A stretch of 64,000 bases of DNA from Candidatus Methanomethylicia archaeon (GTDB taxonomy: Archaea > Thermoproteota > Methanomethylicia > Culexarchaeales > Culexarchaeaceae): assembly GCA_038727515.1 (NCBI GenBank), contig JAVYVS010000002.1, positions 75,683 through 139,682 of the forward strand, given 5' to 3'. Each line of letters begins with the position of its first letter. The first letter of the stretch is position 1. Below the pieces are notes generated by a model that made no database searches, was not told the DNA's origin, and saw only the letters and a program-made list of their open reading frames with translations. A program made the position numbers and the translations under genes. Shown one piece after another: positions 18,346-27,471 of this stretch.

Positions 18346-20950
18346 AAGTGAGGAAGAAGAGGTTTTTGAAGAAGAAGAGGAGTTTAGAGAATCTTTTGAG
18401 GAAGAGGAATTAGAGGTTGTTCCAATTAGTGTTGAAGAACCTGATAATACTGGTCCATGTATACTTTTAGCTGTGGTTTATGATGGTTCTGCTGGTAAAG
18501 CTCTTTGTAAACTTTATGATCCAAATTCAAAGAAGATTTATTATTGGCATGATAAGAGCGGACATATGCCATATTGCCTTACAGATTTAACCCCTAATCA
18601 AGTTAAAATGCATAGTGTAGTTACACATAAGGGTTATAGGGGTGTTGTTGAAGTTGAGAAGTATGATCCTATAAGAGATTCTATTGTTAAGTTGTCTAAA
18701 ATTATTGCTTCAGATCCATTGGCTATTGGTGGTAGGAGGAAGAGTATTAGGGAAATTCTTCCAAAGGCTTGGGAGGATAGGATTCCATACAATAATTGCT
18801 ATATTTATGATACTGGTTTAATTCCTGGGTTATATTATAGGATTGTTAATGGGTATCTACAGCCTGTACCTCTAGATATTCCTACGGATGTTTCAAAACA
18901 AATTATAAAGATTTTTGAAGATGAACCCACTGAAGTTTTAGATTGCGTTAAGGAATGGCTTCCACTATTTCTAGTTCCAGTTCCAGATATACCTAGATTG
19001 GCTGTAGATATTGAGGTTTTATCTACTGCTGATAGAATTCCAGAACCTTCAAAAGCTGAAGACCCTGTTATATGTATTTCATGTGCATCTTCTGATGGTT
19101 TAAAGAAGGTATTTATGCTTAAGAGGGAAGGTATTGATAGTGGGATTAGACCTGTAAATCTTCCAGAGGATGTTGAATTGGAATTTTATGATGATGAGGC
19201 TGAGATGCTTTTAAATGTTTTTAAACTTATAACTTCTTATCCCATAATTCTAACTTTTAATGGTGATGATTTCGATTTAAATTATCTTAGGCATAGAGCT
19301 TCAAATATTGGTATTAAACGTGAAAATATTCCATTGGCTATGGGTAGGAATTATGTTGATGTTGTTCCAGGGGTTCATATAGATTTATATAAGTTCTTTA
19401 GTAATAGGTCGATTCAAGTTTATGCGTTTGGAAATAAGTATAAGGATGCAACTCTAGATGCTATAGCTAATTCTCTCCTTGGAATTGGAAAGATAAGTTT
19501 AGATCGTTTGATTAGTGAATTATCATATTATGATCTTGCTGCGTACTGTTTTAGGGATGCTGAAATAACGCTTAAGCTAACTACATTTAATGATGGAGTT
19601 GTTATGAAGCTTATACTATTACTTATGCGAATTAGTAAACTTAGTATGGGTGATGTAGTTCGTAGGGGGGTTTCTGTTTGGATTAGGAATATGCTCTATT
19701 ATGAACATAGGAAGAGGAATTATTTGATTCCATCTAAAGAGGATATTATTGCTTCTAAGGGTGTTTCTGTTACTAAAGCTTTAATTAAGGGTAAAAAGTA
19801 TATGGGGGCTATTGTAATTGAACCTAAATCTGGTGTATACTTTGATGTAACAGTTCTAGATTTTGCTTCTCTATATCCTTCTGTACTCTATAGATGGAAT
19901 TTATCTTATGAAACCATTAATTGCCCACATGAAGAATGTAAGAGTAATAGGGTTCCAGAACTTCCACATTGGGTTTGTGTTAAGAGGAGGGGGTTATCTT
20001 CAATAATAATTGGCATGCTTAGAAATATGAGGGTTTATTGGTTTAAACCTAAGGCTAAAGATAAGAGTTTAGATGATGCTGTTAGGACTTGGTATTCAGT
20101 TGTTGAGCAGGGTTTAAAAGTGTTTTTAAATGCTAGTTATGGAGTTATGGGTGATGAAAACTTTCCATTATATTGCCCACCGGTTGCTGAAAGTATAACT
20201 GCTATTGGTAGATATGTAATTTCTAAAACTATTGGAAAAGCTAGGGAATTGGGTGTTGAAGTATTATATGGCGATACCGATAGCATCTTTCTACATAGAC
20301 CAACTCAAGAGCAAGTTAAGAAGCTTATTGATTGGTCTATTAAAGAGTTTAAGATCGATTTAGATATAGATAAAGTATATAGATATATAACGTTTTCAGG
20401 TCTTAAGAAGAATTATCTAGGGGTTTTTAATGATGGTTCTGTTGATGTTAAAGGTCTTGTTGGTAAGAAGAGGAATACTCCTGAATTCCTTAAGAAATTG
20501 TTTATGGATGTTGTAGATATTTTAGGTGATGTTCAGACTTTAAAGGATTTTGATGATGCTAAATCTAAGATTAAATCTGTTGTTAGAGATTATTATGTTA
20601 AGTTGAAGAATAGGGAATTGAATCTTGATGATTTAGCCTTTAGAGTTAAATTGTCTAGAGATTTAGATCACTATGTTAAGACTACTCCACAACATGTTAA
20701 AGCAGCTAAACTTTTAGAGAAGTTTCAATCTAGAAAACTTGGTGCTGGAGATATAATATCATATGTTAAAGTTAAAGGTGATATCGGGGTTAAACCTATT
20801 CAACTTGCTAGGATAGATGAAATAGATGTAGAGAAATATATTGGGCATATGGAAACTACTTTAAGACAGATTCTAGAAGCTATTGGGATAAATCTTGATG
20901 AAATTTTTGGTGTTAAGAGTTTAGATAGATTTTTCTTTAGTAAGAGGTAG
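18323..20950 (+). CDS. polB: DNA polymerase, family B
   Basis: 3'-5' exonuclease motifs (DIEV...; FNGDDFD), polymerase motif A DFASLYPS, K...NASYG and motif C YGDTDS. No intein. It has a 45-aa acidic N-terminal extension. An alternative start at 18338 is preceded by GGAG. Confidence 0.9.
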   Translation: MRNGDMVRSEEEEVFEEEEEFRESFEEEELEVVPISVEEPDNTGPCILLAVVYDGSAGKALCKLYDPNSKKIYYWHDKSGHMPYCLTDLTPNQVKMHSVVTHKGYRGVVEVEKYDPIRDSIVKLSKIIASDPLAIGGRRKSIREILPKAWEDRIPYNNCYIYDTGLIPGLYYRIVNGYLQPVPLDIPTDVSKQIIKIFEDEPTEVLDCVKEWLPLFLVPVPDIPRLAVDIEVLSTADRIPEPSKAEDPVICISCASSDGLKKVFMLKREGIDSGIRPVNLPEDVELEFYDDEAEMLLNVFKLITSYPIILTFNGDDFDLNYLRHRASNIGIKRENIPLAMGRNYVDVVPGVHIDLYKFFSNRSIQVYAFGNKYKDATLDAIANSLLGIGKISLDRLISELSYYDLAAYCFRDAEITLKLTTFNDGVVMKLILLLMRISKLSMGDVVRRGVSVWIRNMLYYEHRKRNYLIPSKEDIIASKGVSVTKALIKGKKYMGAIVIEPKSGVYFDVTVLDFASLYPSVLYRWNLSYETINCPHEECKSNRVPELPHWVCVKRRGLSSIIIGMLRNMRVYWFKPKAKDKSLDDAVRTWYSVVEQGLKVFLNASYGVMGDENFPLYCPPVAESITAIGRYVISKTIGKARELGVEVLYGDTDSIFLHRPTQEQVKKLIDWSIKEFKIDLDIDKVYRYITFSGLKKNYLGVFNDGSVDVKGLVGKKRNTPEFLKKLFMDVVDILGDVQTLKDFDDAKSKIKSVVRDYYVKLKNRELNLDDLAFRVKLSRDLDHYVKTTPQHVKAAKLLEKFQSRKLGAGDIISYVKVKGDIGVKPIQLARIDEIDVEKYIGHMETTLRQILEAIGINLDEIFGVKSLDRFFFSKR

Positions 20951-21335
20951 ATGGACTTCTTCTTTCTACTATATAAGCACCTAAAACTCCACCTAATATT
21001 TGCACACTAACAATTTCTATTAATAATTGCATTGGCATACCCCTTATTAATGATGTAAATAACATATTCACTAATATTGCTGATACGCCAACTGTTAGTC
21101 CAATGGTCATTCTATCTCTATATGCAATTCTACATATCAAATAACTTGAAACTATCGTAGAAATCAAGTATGATACTACTATTAATGCTTCTGCAAATAA
21201 TATCGTAGTTTCTATGTATTCTGCGATATACGATATCAATGCTATTACAAGCCATCCAGGGGCATTTGATAATAATGCTCCAGCAATGTATTCTTCCAAT
21301 TTAGGCATTCTGTAAGTCATGTTTTCACCTAACAC
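20937..21335 (-). CDS. hypothetical membrane protein
   Basis: 132 aa with 4 predicted TM helices. Confidence 0.4.
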   Translation of the reverse strand: MLGENMTYRMPKLEEYIAGALLSNAPGWLVIALISYIAEYIETTILFAEALIVVSYLISTIVSSYLICRIAYRDRMTIGLTVGVSAILVNMLFTSLIRGMPMQLLIEIVSVQILGGVLGAYIVERRSPSTSY

Positions 21336-21343
21336 TTATTTAC

Positions 21344-22273
21344 ATGTTTGATAATATTTTATATGAGTGTTTTGGTGACTTTATGAACGATATTTTGAGG
21401 TCTTTCCTTGAAGATAAACGTATTCTTGATAGAGTTAAATTTGAAGATTTTCTCTCAGTTTACTTTGATATTAGACCTGCATCATTCTTTACGATGATTG
21501 CAGAACTTCCCAATGCTAAGGAGATTGGTGAAAAGATAGATTCTGAATGTAAAAGTGATTTAATGACGATAATGTCTGCTAGAGATATTCAATTGAGGGG
21601 TGAATTAATAATGGAGTTGAGAAGTAAAATTGATAAATTGTTTAAGAAGTATGTTTTGGATTCAGATGTTTTTAAAGCTCATGAATATTGGGCTAAGAAG
21701 CTTGGTTTAAGGATGGAGATGGATAAAATTAGACCAAGTATATGTGAAGTTTATTTGTTTAAAGATAAGAATATAGGTAGAAAACTTAAAGATTTATTCT
21801 ACATTAGAAGGGAGATTAGGAGAGCTATATATCAAATGCAAAATATAAGTTTACCACCATCATTATTGGCATATCCTGAAGAATTATCTTCAAAATTTGT
21901 TAGTGAACTTGGCTTAATCCTTGGATATCCTGAATGCTGTGTTAAAAAGTATGCTGAAGAAAGAGCTTCTGGAGTATATGTTGAAGGTAGAATATCTAAT
22001 CAAATTAAAGAATTAAAGAAGTCTGATGATAAACCAAATGTTTTCTCATTCTTCTCAAGTAATTTCATACCTCATGATCCAAAGTGTGAAAAGGCTGCTG
22101 AGATTGGATTAAAACTCTATGAAACTTTAAGAGAGAGAATTCCAGGAGCTCATGAAATCTATTATAAGCTTTTATTGGAAAACGTTAATACTGCTGAAAA
22201 CTTTCCAGAAATAATTAAATCTTATAGGCAATATGCTGATTCTAGAATGAGAGATCTACTTATGCACCTATAA
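21344..22273 (+). CDS. hypothetical protein with GYPECC motif
   Basis: 309 aa containing a conserved-looking LGYPECCVKKY and HDPKCEKA. Family not recognised. Confidence 0.45.
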   Translation: MFDNILYECFGDFMNDILRSFLEDKRILDRVKFEDFLSVYFDIRPASFFTMIAELPNAKEIGEKIDSECKSDLMTIMSARDIQLRGELIMELRSKIDKLFKKYVLDSDVFKAHEYWAKKLGLRMEMDKIRPSICEVYLFKDKNIGRKLKDLFYIRREIRRAIYQMQNISLPPSLLAYPEELSSKFVSELGLILGYPECCVKKYAEERASGVYVEGRISNQIKELKKSDDKPNVFSFFSSNFIPHDPKCEKAAEIGLKLYETLRERIPGAHEIYYKLLLENVNTAENFPEIIKSYRQYADSRMRDLLMHL

Positions 22274-22311
22274 CAGAAAAATTTAATTACGTATCATTTC
22301 CAATTAAATAT

Positions 22312-22707
22312 TTGGTGTTTTATTTGGCTTATGTTAATTTGGATTTAACTCCTGAAAGGAGGAAGGAACTCATAGATAGAATTGCAACTGAAATTGTTAA
22401 AAGGGGTCTTGAAACCCCTGCTATAATGCTTCTTGAAACATTTAAACCATTAAGTTTTATTGGAGCTGAAATGGCTATATTCTACCTATTCCCATATATT
22501 AAAGCTATAACTACAAATCCAGTTGTAGATGAGATTACAGCTATATTTCATGATAGATCTGCTGTTGAAGAATTGATTAAAAGGATTGAAGAACTTGTAG
22601 AGATTGAAAAGGAAAAGGAGAGAGCTGCTAAAGAAGCTAAAAAGAGAGCTAAACAATTAATGTCTGGAAATGAAAAGAAGAAGAGATTTTGGATTTTTGG
22701 AAGTTAA
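22312..22707 (+). CDS. hypothetical protein with Lys-rich C-terminus
   Basis: 131 aa, hydrophobic core plus a KEKERAAKEAKKRAKQ tail. Confidence 0.35.
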   Translation: MVFYLAYVNLDLTPERRKELIDRIATEIVKRGLETPAIMLLETFKPLSFIGAEMAIFYLFPYIKAITTNPVVDEITAIFHDRSAVEELIKRIEELVEIEKEKERAAKEAKKRAKQLMSGNEKKKRFWIFGS

Positions 22708-23132
22708 CCTTCCTCCTCATCCTCTTTTACTGTTGTTAATGTTATCTCTCTGCTCCATTCCAGTAGCTCATTTTTTGCTTCTTCTCTTAATGGTGATCCT
22801 ATTGTAACTATGAATACTCTATTGTCTTTATATCCATCATCAAACCATTCATTATCAAATGATATCACATAAACTGGTAATTCTATTATCACAGTCTTTT
22901 GAGCGGTTCTTTGCATACTAAATTTAGAATATACATCGTATTCTTCACTTGTCAGTGGTAGTTTTAATTCCATTGGATAGTTGTCTCTTATTATTATGAA
23001 ATCTGATTTACTTGCATTCCACAATTCCATGGCTTCTTTAGCAACTTCTTTAACTGCTTCTTCTAATTCAATATTCAATTCCTTATGTATTTTCGCATTT
23101 CCATTTTCAGATAATATCACAATACTCTTCAA
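22704..23132 (-). CDS. hypothetical protein
   Basis: 142 aa. Its start overlaps the upstream 103-aa ORF by 4 nt, so the two are probably an operon. Confidence 0.4.
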   Translation of the reverse strand: MKSIVILSENGNAKIHKELNIELEEAVKEVAKEAMELWNASKSDFIIIRDNYPMELKLPLTSEEYDVYSKFSMQRTAQKTVIIELPVYVISFDNEWFDDGYKDNRVFIVTIGSPLREEAKNELLEWSREITLTTVKEDEEEG

Positions 23133-23440
23133 TTTAATTCACCCATAGCTCTAAGAATTATTTCTTTTGCCTCCTTTATATTTGGCCCACCTTTATCATC
23201 TAATGGAACTCTAGACATAACATACTTTATTTCATCCTTCTCATTTTGTATGAATACTTGAGGTATATCTATCCCTCCATACTCATTTTTTACTCCATAC
23301 TTATCTAGGAAATCATAATCTTCTTCTTTAAATTCAACTTCAAACCCTTTTTCCTTAGCCAACTCTGTTACCGCTTTTCTAACATATTTCGAAGCTTCCT
23401 CCCAAGATGCTAATACAACAATGATCTTCTTAACAGTCAT
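23129..23440 (-). CDS. hypothetical small alpha/beta protein
   Basis: 103 aa, IIVVLASW... with a Rossmann/thioredoxin-like beginning and no cysteines. Confidence 0.4.
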   Translation of the reverse strand: MTVKKIIVVLASWEEASKYVRKAVTELAKEKGFEVEFKEEDYDFLDKYGVKNEYGGIDIPQVFIQNEKDEIKYVMSRVPLDDKGGPNIKEAKEIILRAMGELN

Positions 23441-23648
23441 TTAATATACACCTTACCTAAAGCTTAAACATCAAGACAAATATTTATCTTTTTGGTTTAT
23501 TTACTATTAGAATTTATGAATATTTATTCATTATTGAAATTCTCTTAGGAGAAGATTTCTTCACTCCTTCGCTTATCCATTAAATTGATTATAATTTGAA
23601 ATTTTATTTAATGCGAAAATATTATTTATAGCTTTGTAATTTCATTTT

Positions 23649-23861
23649 ATGATTTTTATGAGTGAATCTGAAGTTGTGGATATTTCAAAGATACCTGAAG
23701 ATTTGAAGCATAGGATAGTTTATGAATGGGTTCATTATAATTATACTTTTGATGAATTAGCAAGTAAATATGGTTTAACTTGGGATCAAATTTTTGAGAT
23801 TATAAAGAATTCTCCAACTATGTATGCTTGGATTAAGCCCAAGGAATTTACTCCAAAATAA
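23649..23861 (+). CDS. hypothetical small protein
   Basis: 70 aa, possibly a helix-turn-helix (LASKYGLTWDQIFEII). Confidence 0.3.
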   Translation: MIFMSESEVVDISKIPEDLKHRIVYEWVHYNYTFDELASKYGLTWDQIFEIIKNSPTMYAWIKPKEFTPK

Positions 23862-24032
23862 TTGCGCAACTCATTTTAAGCGGCTTCATCACAATTACTC
23901 AGAGCTTTGACCCTATATCATTGTTGCGCAGGCTCCGACGGTCTAACGTCATCACATATCAGAACCCGAGTTCATCTTCACAGCCATTTACTTATTTATT
24001 TAAGTTACAAATTAATTTTTGGTGTTCACTTT

Positions 24033-24512
24033 TTGCTTGAATCTCTTAAAAATCTTAATGGTGGAACATATACTCTTATAATTGCTTCTCCATATGATCG
24101 TAGGATTAAAATTGGATGTATTGGTTTAATAGACTTTCATAGTGGCATATACACTTATACTGGTTCAGCACTTAAGAAGAAGTTTGCATTGTATAATCGG
24201 ATATCTAGGCATTTATCTCAAAATAAAAGGTTATGGTGGCATATAGATTACCTACTTAATACCTCTGGAATTGAAGTTAAAGCTATATGTGCATCACATA
24301 GTGATTTAAGATTTGAATGCATCATTGCCAATGATATACTTAATACTCTCAATGGTTCTCCAGTAATTGGATTTGGAAGTTCTGATTGTAAATGTATAAG
24401 TCACTTACACTTTTTCGGTAATATTGACTACTTAAAAGTTTTAGATATGATTTACAACTTATATTTAAAATTCAATTTAAAACCAATAAAAATAATTTTT
24501 AACCATCAATAA
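24033..24512 (+). CDS. DUF123 (GIY-YIG-like nuclease superfamily) protein
   Basis: Signature GIYTYTGSA ... RISRH ... WHIDYL matches archaeal DUF123. The ORF-track start at 23907 lies in GC-rich non-coding-looking sequence, so a TTG at 24033 is proposed instead. Confidence 0.55.
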   Translation: MLESLKNLNGGTYTLIIASPYDRRIKIGCIGLIDFHSGIYTYTGSALKKKFALYNRISRHLSQNKRLWWHIDYLLNTSGIEVKAICASHSDLRFECIIANDILNTLNGSPVIGFGSSDCKCISHLHFFGNIDYLKVLDMIYNLYLKFNLKPIKIIFNHQ

Positions 24513-25309
24513 CCCATCGATAACTTAACTATACACTTAAATATTATATCCCCATATGTTAACGTCAGTATTAATCCTATAAGCATGAAAACTATTAGTG
24601 GCATAGCCGGCGTAACCCATATATATCCCTCTCCTATTAAACCTTCTTCATAAAGTTTAATTATGTTATTAAGCTTATCTTCACCAATGGATATTCCAAC
24701 CCTTATATTCAATCTCCTTTTAATTGTATTCCCTTCAAAATTTAATTCCTCTATTGGATATACAAACTTTTTCTCCTTTAACTTTTTCAATTCAATTCTG
24801 TAACCAGTTGCCATGGCCAACAATTTTTTAAATATACTTTCTTCTTCTAAACCTTGAAATATATTTTCACCTATGATAATCCTATATACGTTTTTCATGA
24901 GTAAATATACTGCAGGCATTATTGAGATTAACATGGAGTTATTGAATGTTGAAACTGGTATTATATTATGAGTTCCTAATTTTATTGCAATTTCTTCCGG
25001 CATTATTGGCATTAATATGCTTAATGCTATTATAGCCTTTGAGTCGGCTCCTCCAAAGAAATCTAATTTGTAAGTTAATAATCCAATGGCTATTGAGAAT
25101 AATATTGATATCACCATTAAGTTCATCCAGATAGTCATCCATTTGATTGCTGCTTCATATATGAGTAATGGTATTCCCATGGCGACCATTATTATCCATA
25201 TCCAATCGCATATTTCTCTACTTTTTAAATCTTGTAATGAAGCTAATGAAAAACATATTATAGCCACTATATACCTTATATAGTAGACTTCATTTAACAT
25301 TGATTTCAA
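24506..25309 (-). CDS. A24-family type IV prepilin/preflagellin peptidase (FlaK/PibD-like)
   Basis: Polytopic membrane protein whose first catalytic Asp sits in SLQDLKSREI and whose second sits in a GGAD motif. Confidence 0.65.
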   Translation of the reverse strand: MKSMLNEVYYIRYIVAIICFSLASLQDLKSREICDWIWIIMVAMGIPLLIYEAAIKWMTIWMNLMVISILFSIAIGLLTYKLDFFGGADSKAIIALSILMPIMPEEIAIKLGTHNIIPVSTFNNSMLISIMPAVYLLMKNVYRIIIGENIFQGLEEESIFKKLLAMATGYRIELKKLKEKKFVYPIEELNFEGNTIKRRLNIRVGISIGEDKLNNIIKLYEEGLIGEGYIWVTPAMPLIVFMLIGLILTLTYGDIIFKCIVKLSMGY

Positions 25310-25387
25310 CCCTAAATACCTTAACCCACTTAAAGTATATTAATGATATCGTTTATATGAAAATCTTTATCTCTTTGTTTTAACGTC

Positions 25388-25576
25388 ATGTCTTATTGGT
25401 GTAAATACTTGAAGTTTAAGTCTGGTGGCTCCAAGATACTTATTTGCCCAAAATGTGGATATAGATTTGATTTAACATATTCAAGGACTTTCTCATGTGG
25501 TGGATGTCAATACTCTGTTTTTGGATCCTGTGGTTATGCTAAGTGTCCGAAATGTGGGCATGAATTTCCACTTTAA
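25388..25576 (+). CDS. zinc-ribbon protein
   Basis: 62 aa with CPKCG ... CGGC ... CPKCGHEF. Confidence 0.4.
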   Translation: MSYWCKYLKFKSGGSKILICPKCGYRFDLTYSRTFSCGGCQYSVFGSCGYAKCPKCGHEFPL

Positions 25577-25645
25577 ATCATTTAAATACATTCTTATCTA
25601 GTTTAAATAGTGGTTTAAATTAAGAGTGTTGAATACTCTTTAAAC

Positions 25646-26050
25646 TTGCTTTTATCAGTAATCTTTTCATTAACTTTAGTTTTAACCTTTGGATTTGTAA
25701 CTTATGGTAGTATTAATCAAATTTCATTTGATGAAAATCGCTTTATATGTACTTACATATTTTCCGTAATCAATGAAGCTTTAAGCTTAAGGGATTTTAA
25801 TGGTTTAGAACATGTCACTATTAAACTTAGTTTTCCATATAGGCTTTCTACTTTACCATACGTTATAAAGTTTATAAATATCGATGGATCTGGGAAGATT
25901 ATTGTTGGTGAAGGTGATTCTGCCTATTCTATTACACTTCCACATGGGGTTATTACTTCAGAATATTCACTGAAATTTTATGGGGGTTTCATAATTATTA
26001 ACATGTTTTTTCATGAATCATTTATTGAAATAAGTATTTCAAGTGGTTAA
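25646..26050 (+). CDS. pilin-like/secreted small protein 1 (hypothetical)
   Basis: N-terminal hydrophobic helix, TTG start, and first of four overlapping tandem ORFs. Confidence 0.3.
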   Translation: MLLSVIFSLTLVLTFGFVTYGSINQISFDENRFICTYIFSVINEALSLRDFNGLEHVTIKLSFPYRLSTLPYVIKFINIDGSGKIIVGEGDSAYSITLPHGVITSEYSLKFYGGFIIINMFFHESFIEISISSG

Positions 26051-26432
26051 TATGTCTATTTCCATTGAGTTTTCTCTCTCTATCTTTATAATAACATTAA
26101 CGATCATTTTCCTATTTCACAATATCTCTATCATCGGGTCCTTTGTATGTTCTAATTTAGAAGATTCAAGTAGGATTATTATGGCTAAAAGTATCGCTAT
26201 AGGAATGTTTACATCTAAATATAAGAGCAATGATTTCTTTCATATATTCAATGAGTGTCGAAATCAATGTGATATTGATATTCAAAATTTAAATTGTAAG
26301 CTTAAGTGTATAATTTTAGAGTTTAATACAACTAATTTTGAAAATCCTCCTAACCTCTATTTTAGTTTCTTTATTGAATTTAATGGTAAACTATATGTTG
26401 TTAGAGTTTTGAGGTGTGAAGCTAGTGGTTAG
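26043..26432 (+). CDS. pilin-like small protein 2 (hypothetical)
   Basis: N-terminal hydrophobic segment with a Cys-rich C-terminal part. It overlaps the previous ORF by 8 nt. Confidence 0.3.
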   Translation: MVNMSISIEFSLSIFIITLTIIFLFHNISIIGSFVCSNLEDSSRIIMAKSIAIGMFTSKYKSNDFFHIFNECRNQCDIDIQNLNCKLKCIILEFNTTNFENPPNLYFSFFIEFNGKLYVVRVLRCEASG

Positions 26433-26817
26433 AGGTATATATTCTATTGAAGCTGTACTATTTATGTTGATACTTACATCATCCATGGTTTTCATATATA
26501 GTATGCTCCCAAAATTTTATTTCTTCAATTTTTTTAGAGACTCAGATGAATATGTTAAGTTTATTTCTCTCTTAATTTCTATAGATGAAATTGGACTTCT
26601 TGATGAAATTTGTATTTCTAGAGATTATATGAAGCTTTACTCACTTTTAAAATCATGTTTTAATGGTGATCTTAAGATTATAATTTTTGATGCATTTAGT
26701 GGGTTTACAATATACCAATACCCTGAAGACATTAATTTCCCCATTAAATTATGCTATTACTTTTATTCCTCTATTAGTAATAGGCTTTTTATAATTGTTT
26801 TAGGGTGGAAGTATTGA
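26416..26817 (+). CDS. putative class III (type IV pilin-like) signal-peptide protein 3
   Basis: MKLVVRG|IYSIEAVLFMLIL has a basic N-terminus, Gly at -1, Glu at +5 and then a hydrophobic helix. Confidence 0.45.
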   Translation: MKLVVRGIYSIEAVLFMLILTSSMVFIYSMLPKFYFFNFFRDSDEYVKFISLLISIDEIGLLDEICISRDYMKLYSLLKSCFNGDLKIIIFDAFSGFTIYQYPEDINFPIKLCYYFYSSISNRLFIIVLGWKY

Positions 26818-27470
26818 GGGGGGAGACTTTCCTATTCTCTTCATTAATAATTGCATTGATTATACTCTTTTTTGGAATTAATGTTTTCATGATGTCTCCA
26901 ATATCATTGAAATCTTTTGATGCTGAAGTTTTGTATTGTAGGTCTTTAAACATACTTATTGATAAATACTTTTATATGGTTTTAAGGCATTATCCATTGA
27001 GCCGTGATTACATTGATAAATCTATGAACAACTTTGTTTATCATATCTTAAGGTATAAGTCTCTTGGTGGTCTTAATGTCAATCATATTAGTGTTTCCAC
27101 ATTATTTTCATGTAGATATAATCATACCTTTTCATATATTTATTGTTCTTCCACTTTTAATATTTCTATAGGTGATCTTTCTTTTAAGCGTAGTTTAAAG
27201 TATAATTTATCTCTTTCAATTTTAAATTATAATCTTAATGGTTCAATTCTCTCCTTAAATTACTCTTTCATTGAGAATGAATTACCAATTCATCCAGTTA
27301 ATGCTACTATTTGGTTTTATTATAATGGGTCTTGGGTTAAGATTAAACATGGTTTTAAAGTTTTCGATAACCATATTGTAATATGTTTAGATAGAGTTTC
27401 CCCATCAAAATTATTTTTAGATTTTATTGGATTTATAGGTGTTAGAATTACTGCAATTGTGGATTTCTAA
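26805..27470 (+). CDS. putative class III signal-peptide (pilin-like) protein 4 with N-glycosylation sequons
   Basis: MEVLRG|ETFLFSSLIIALIILFF, with many NxS/T sites in the C-terminal domain. Confidence 0.4.
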   Translation: MEVLRGETFLFSSLIIALIILFFGINVFMMSPISLKSFDAEVLYCRSLNILIDKYFYMVLRHYPLSRDYIDKSMNNFVYHILRYKSLGGLNVNHISVSTLFSCRYNHTFSYIYCSSTFNISIGDLSFKRSLKYNLSLSILNYNLNGSILSLNYSFIENELPIHPVNATIWFYYNGSWVKIKHGFKVFDNHIVICLDRVSPSKLFLDFIGFIGVRITAIVDF

Positions 27471-27471
27471 T

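Noticed and set aside
18323-20950. Possible intein in PolB
   Set aside because: 875 aa is the normal intein-free length, and motifs A and C are contiguous with normal spacing.
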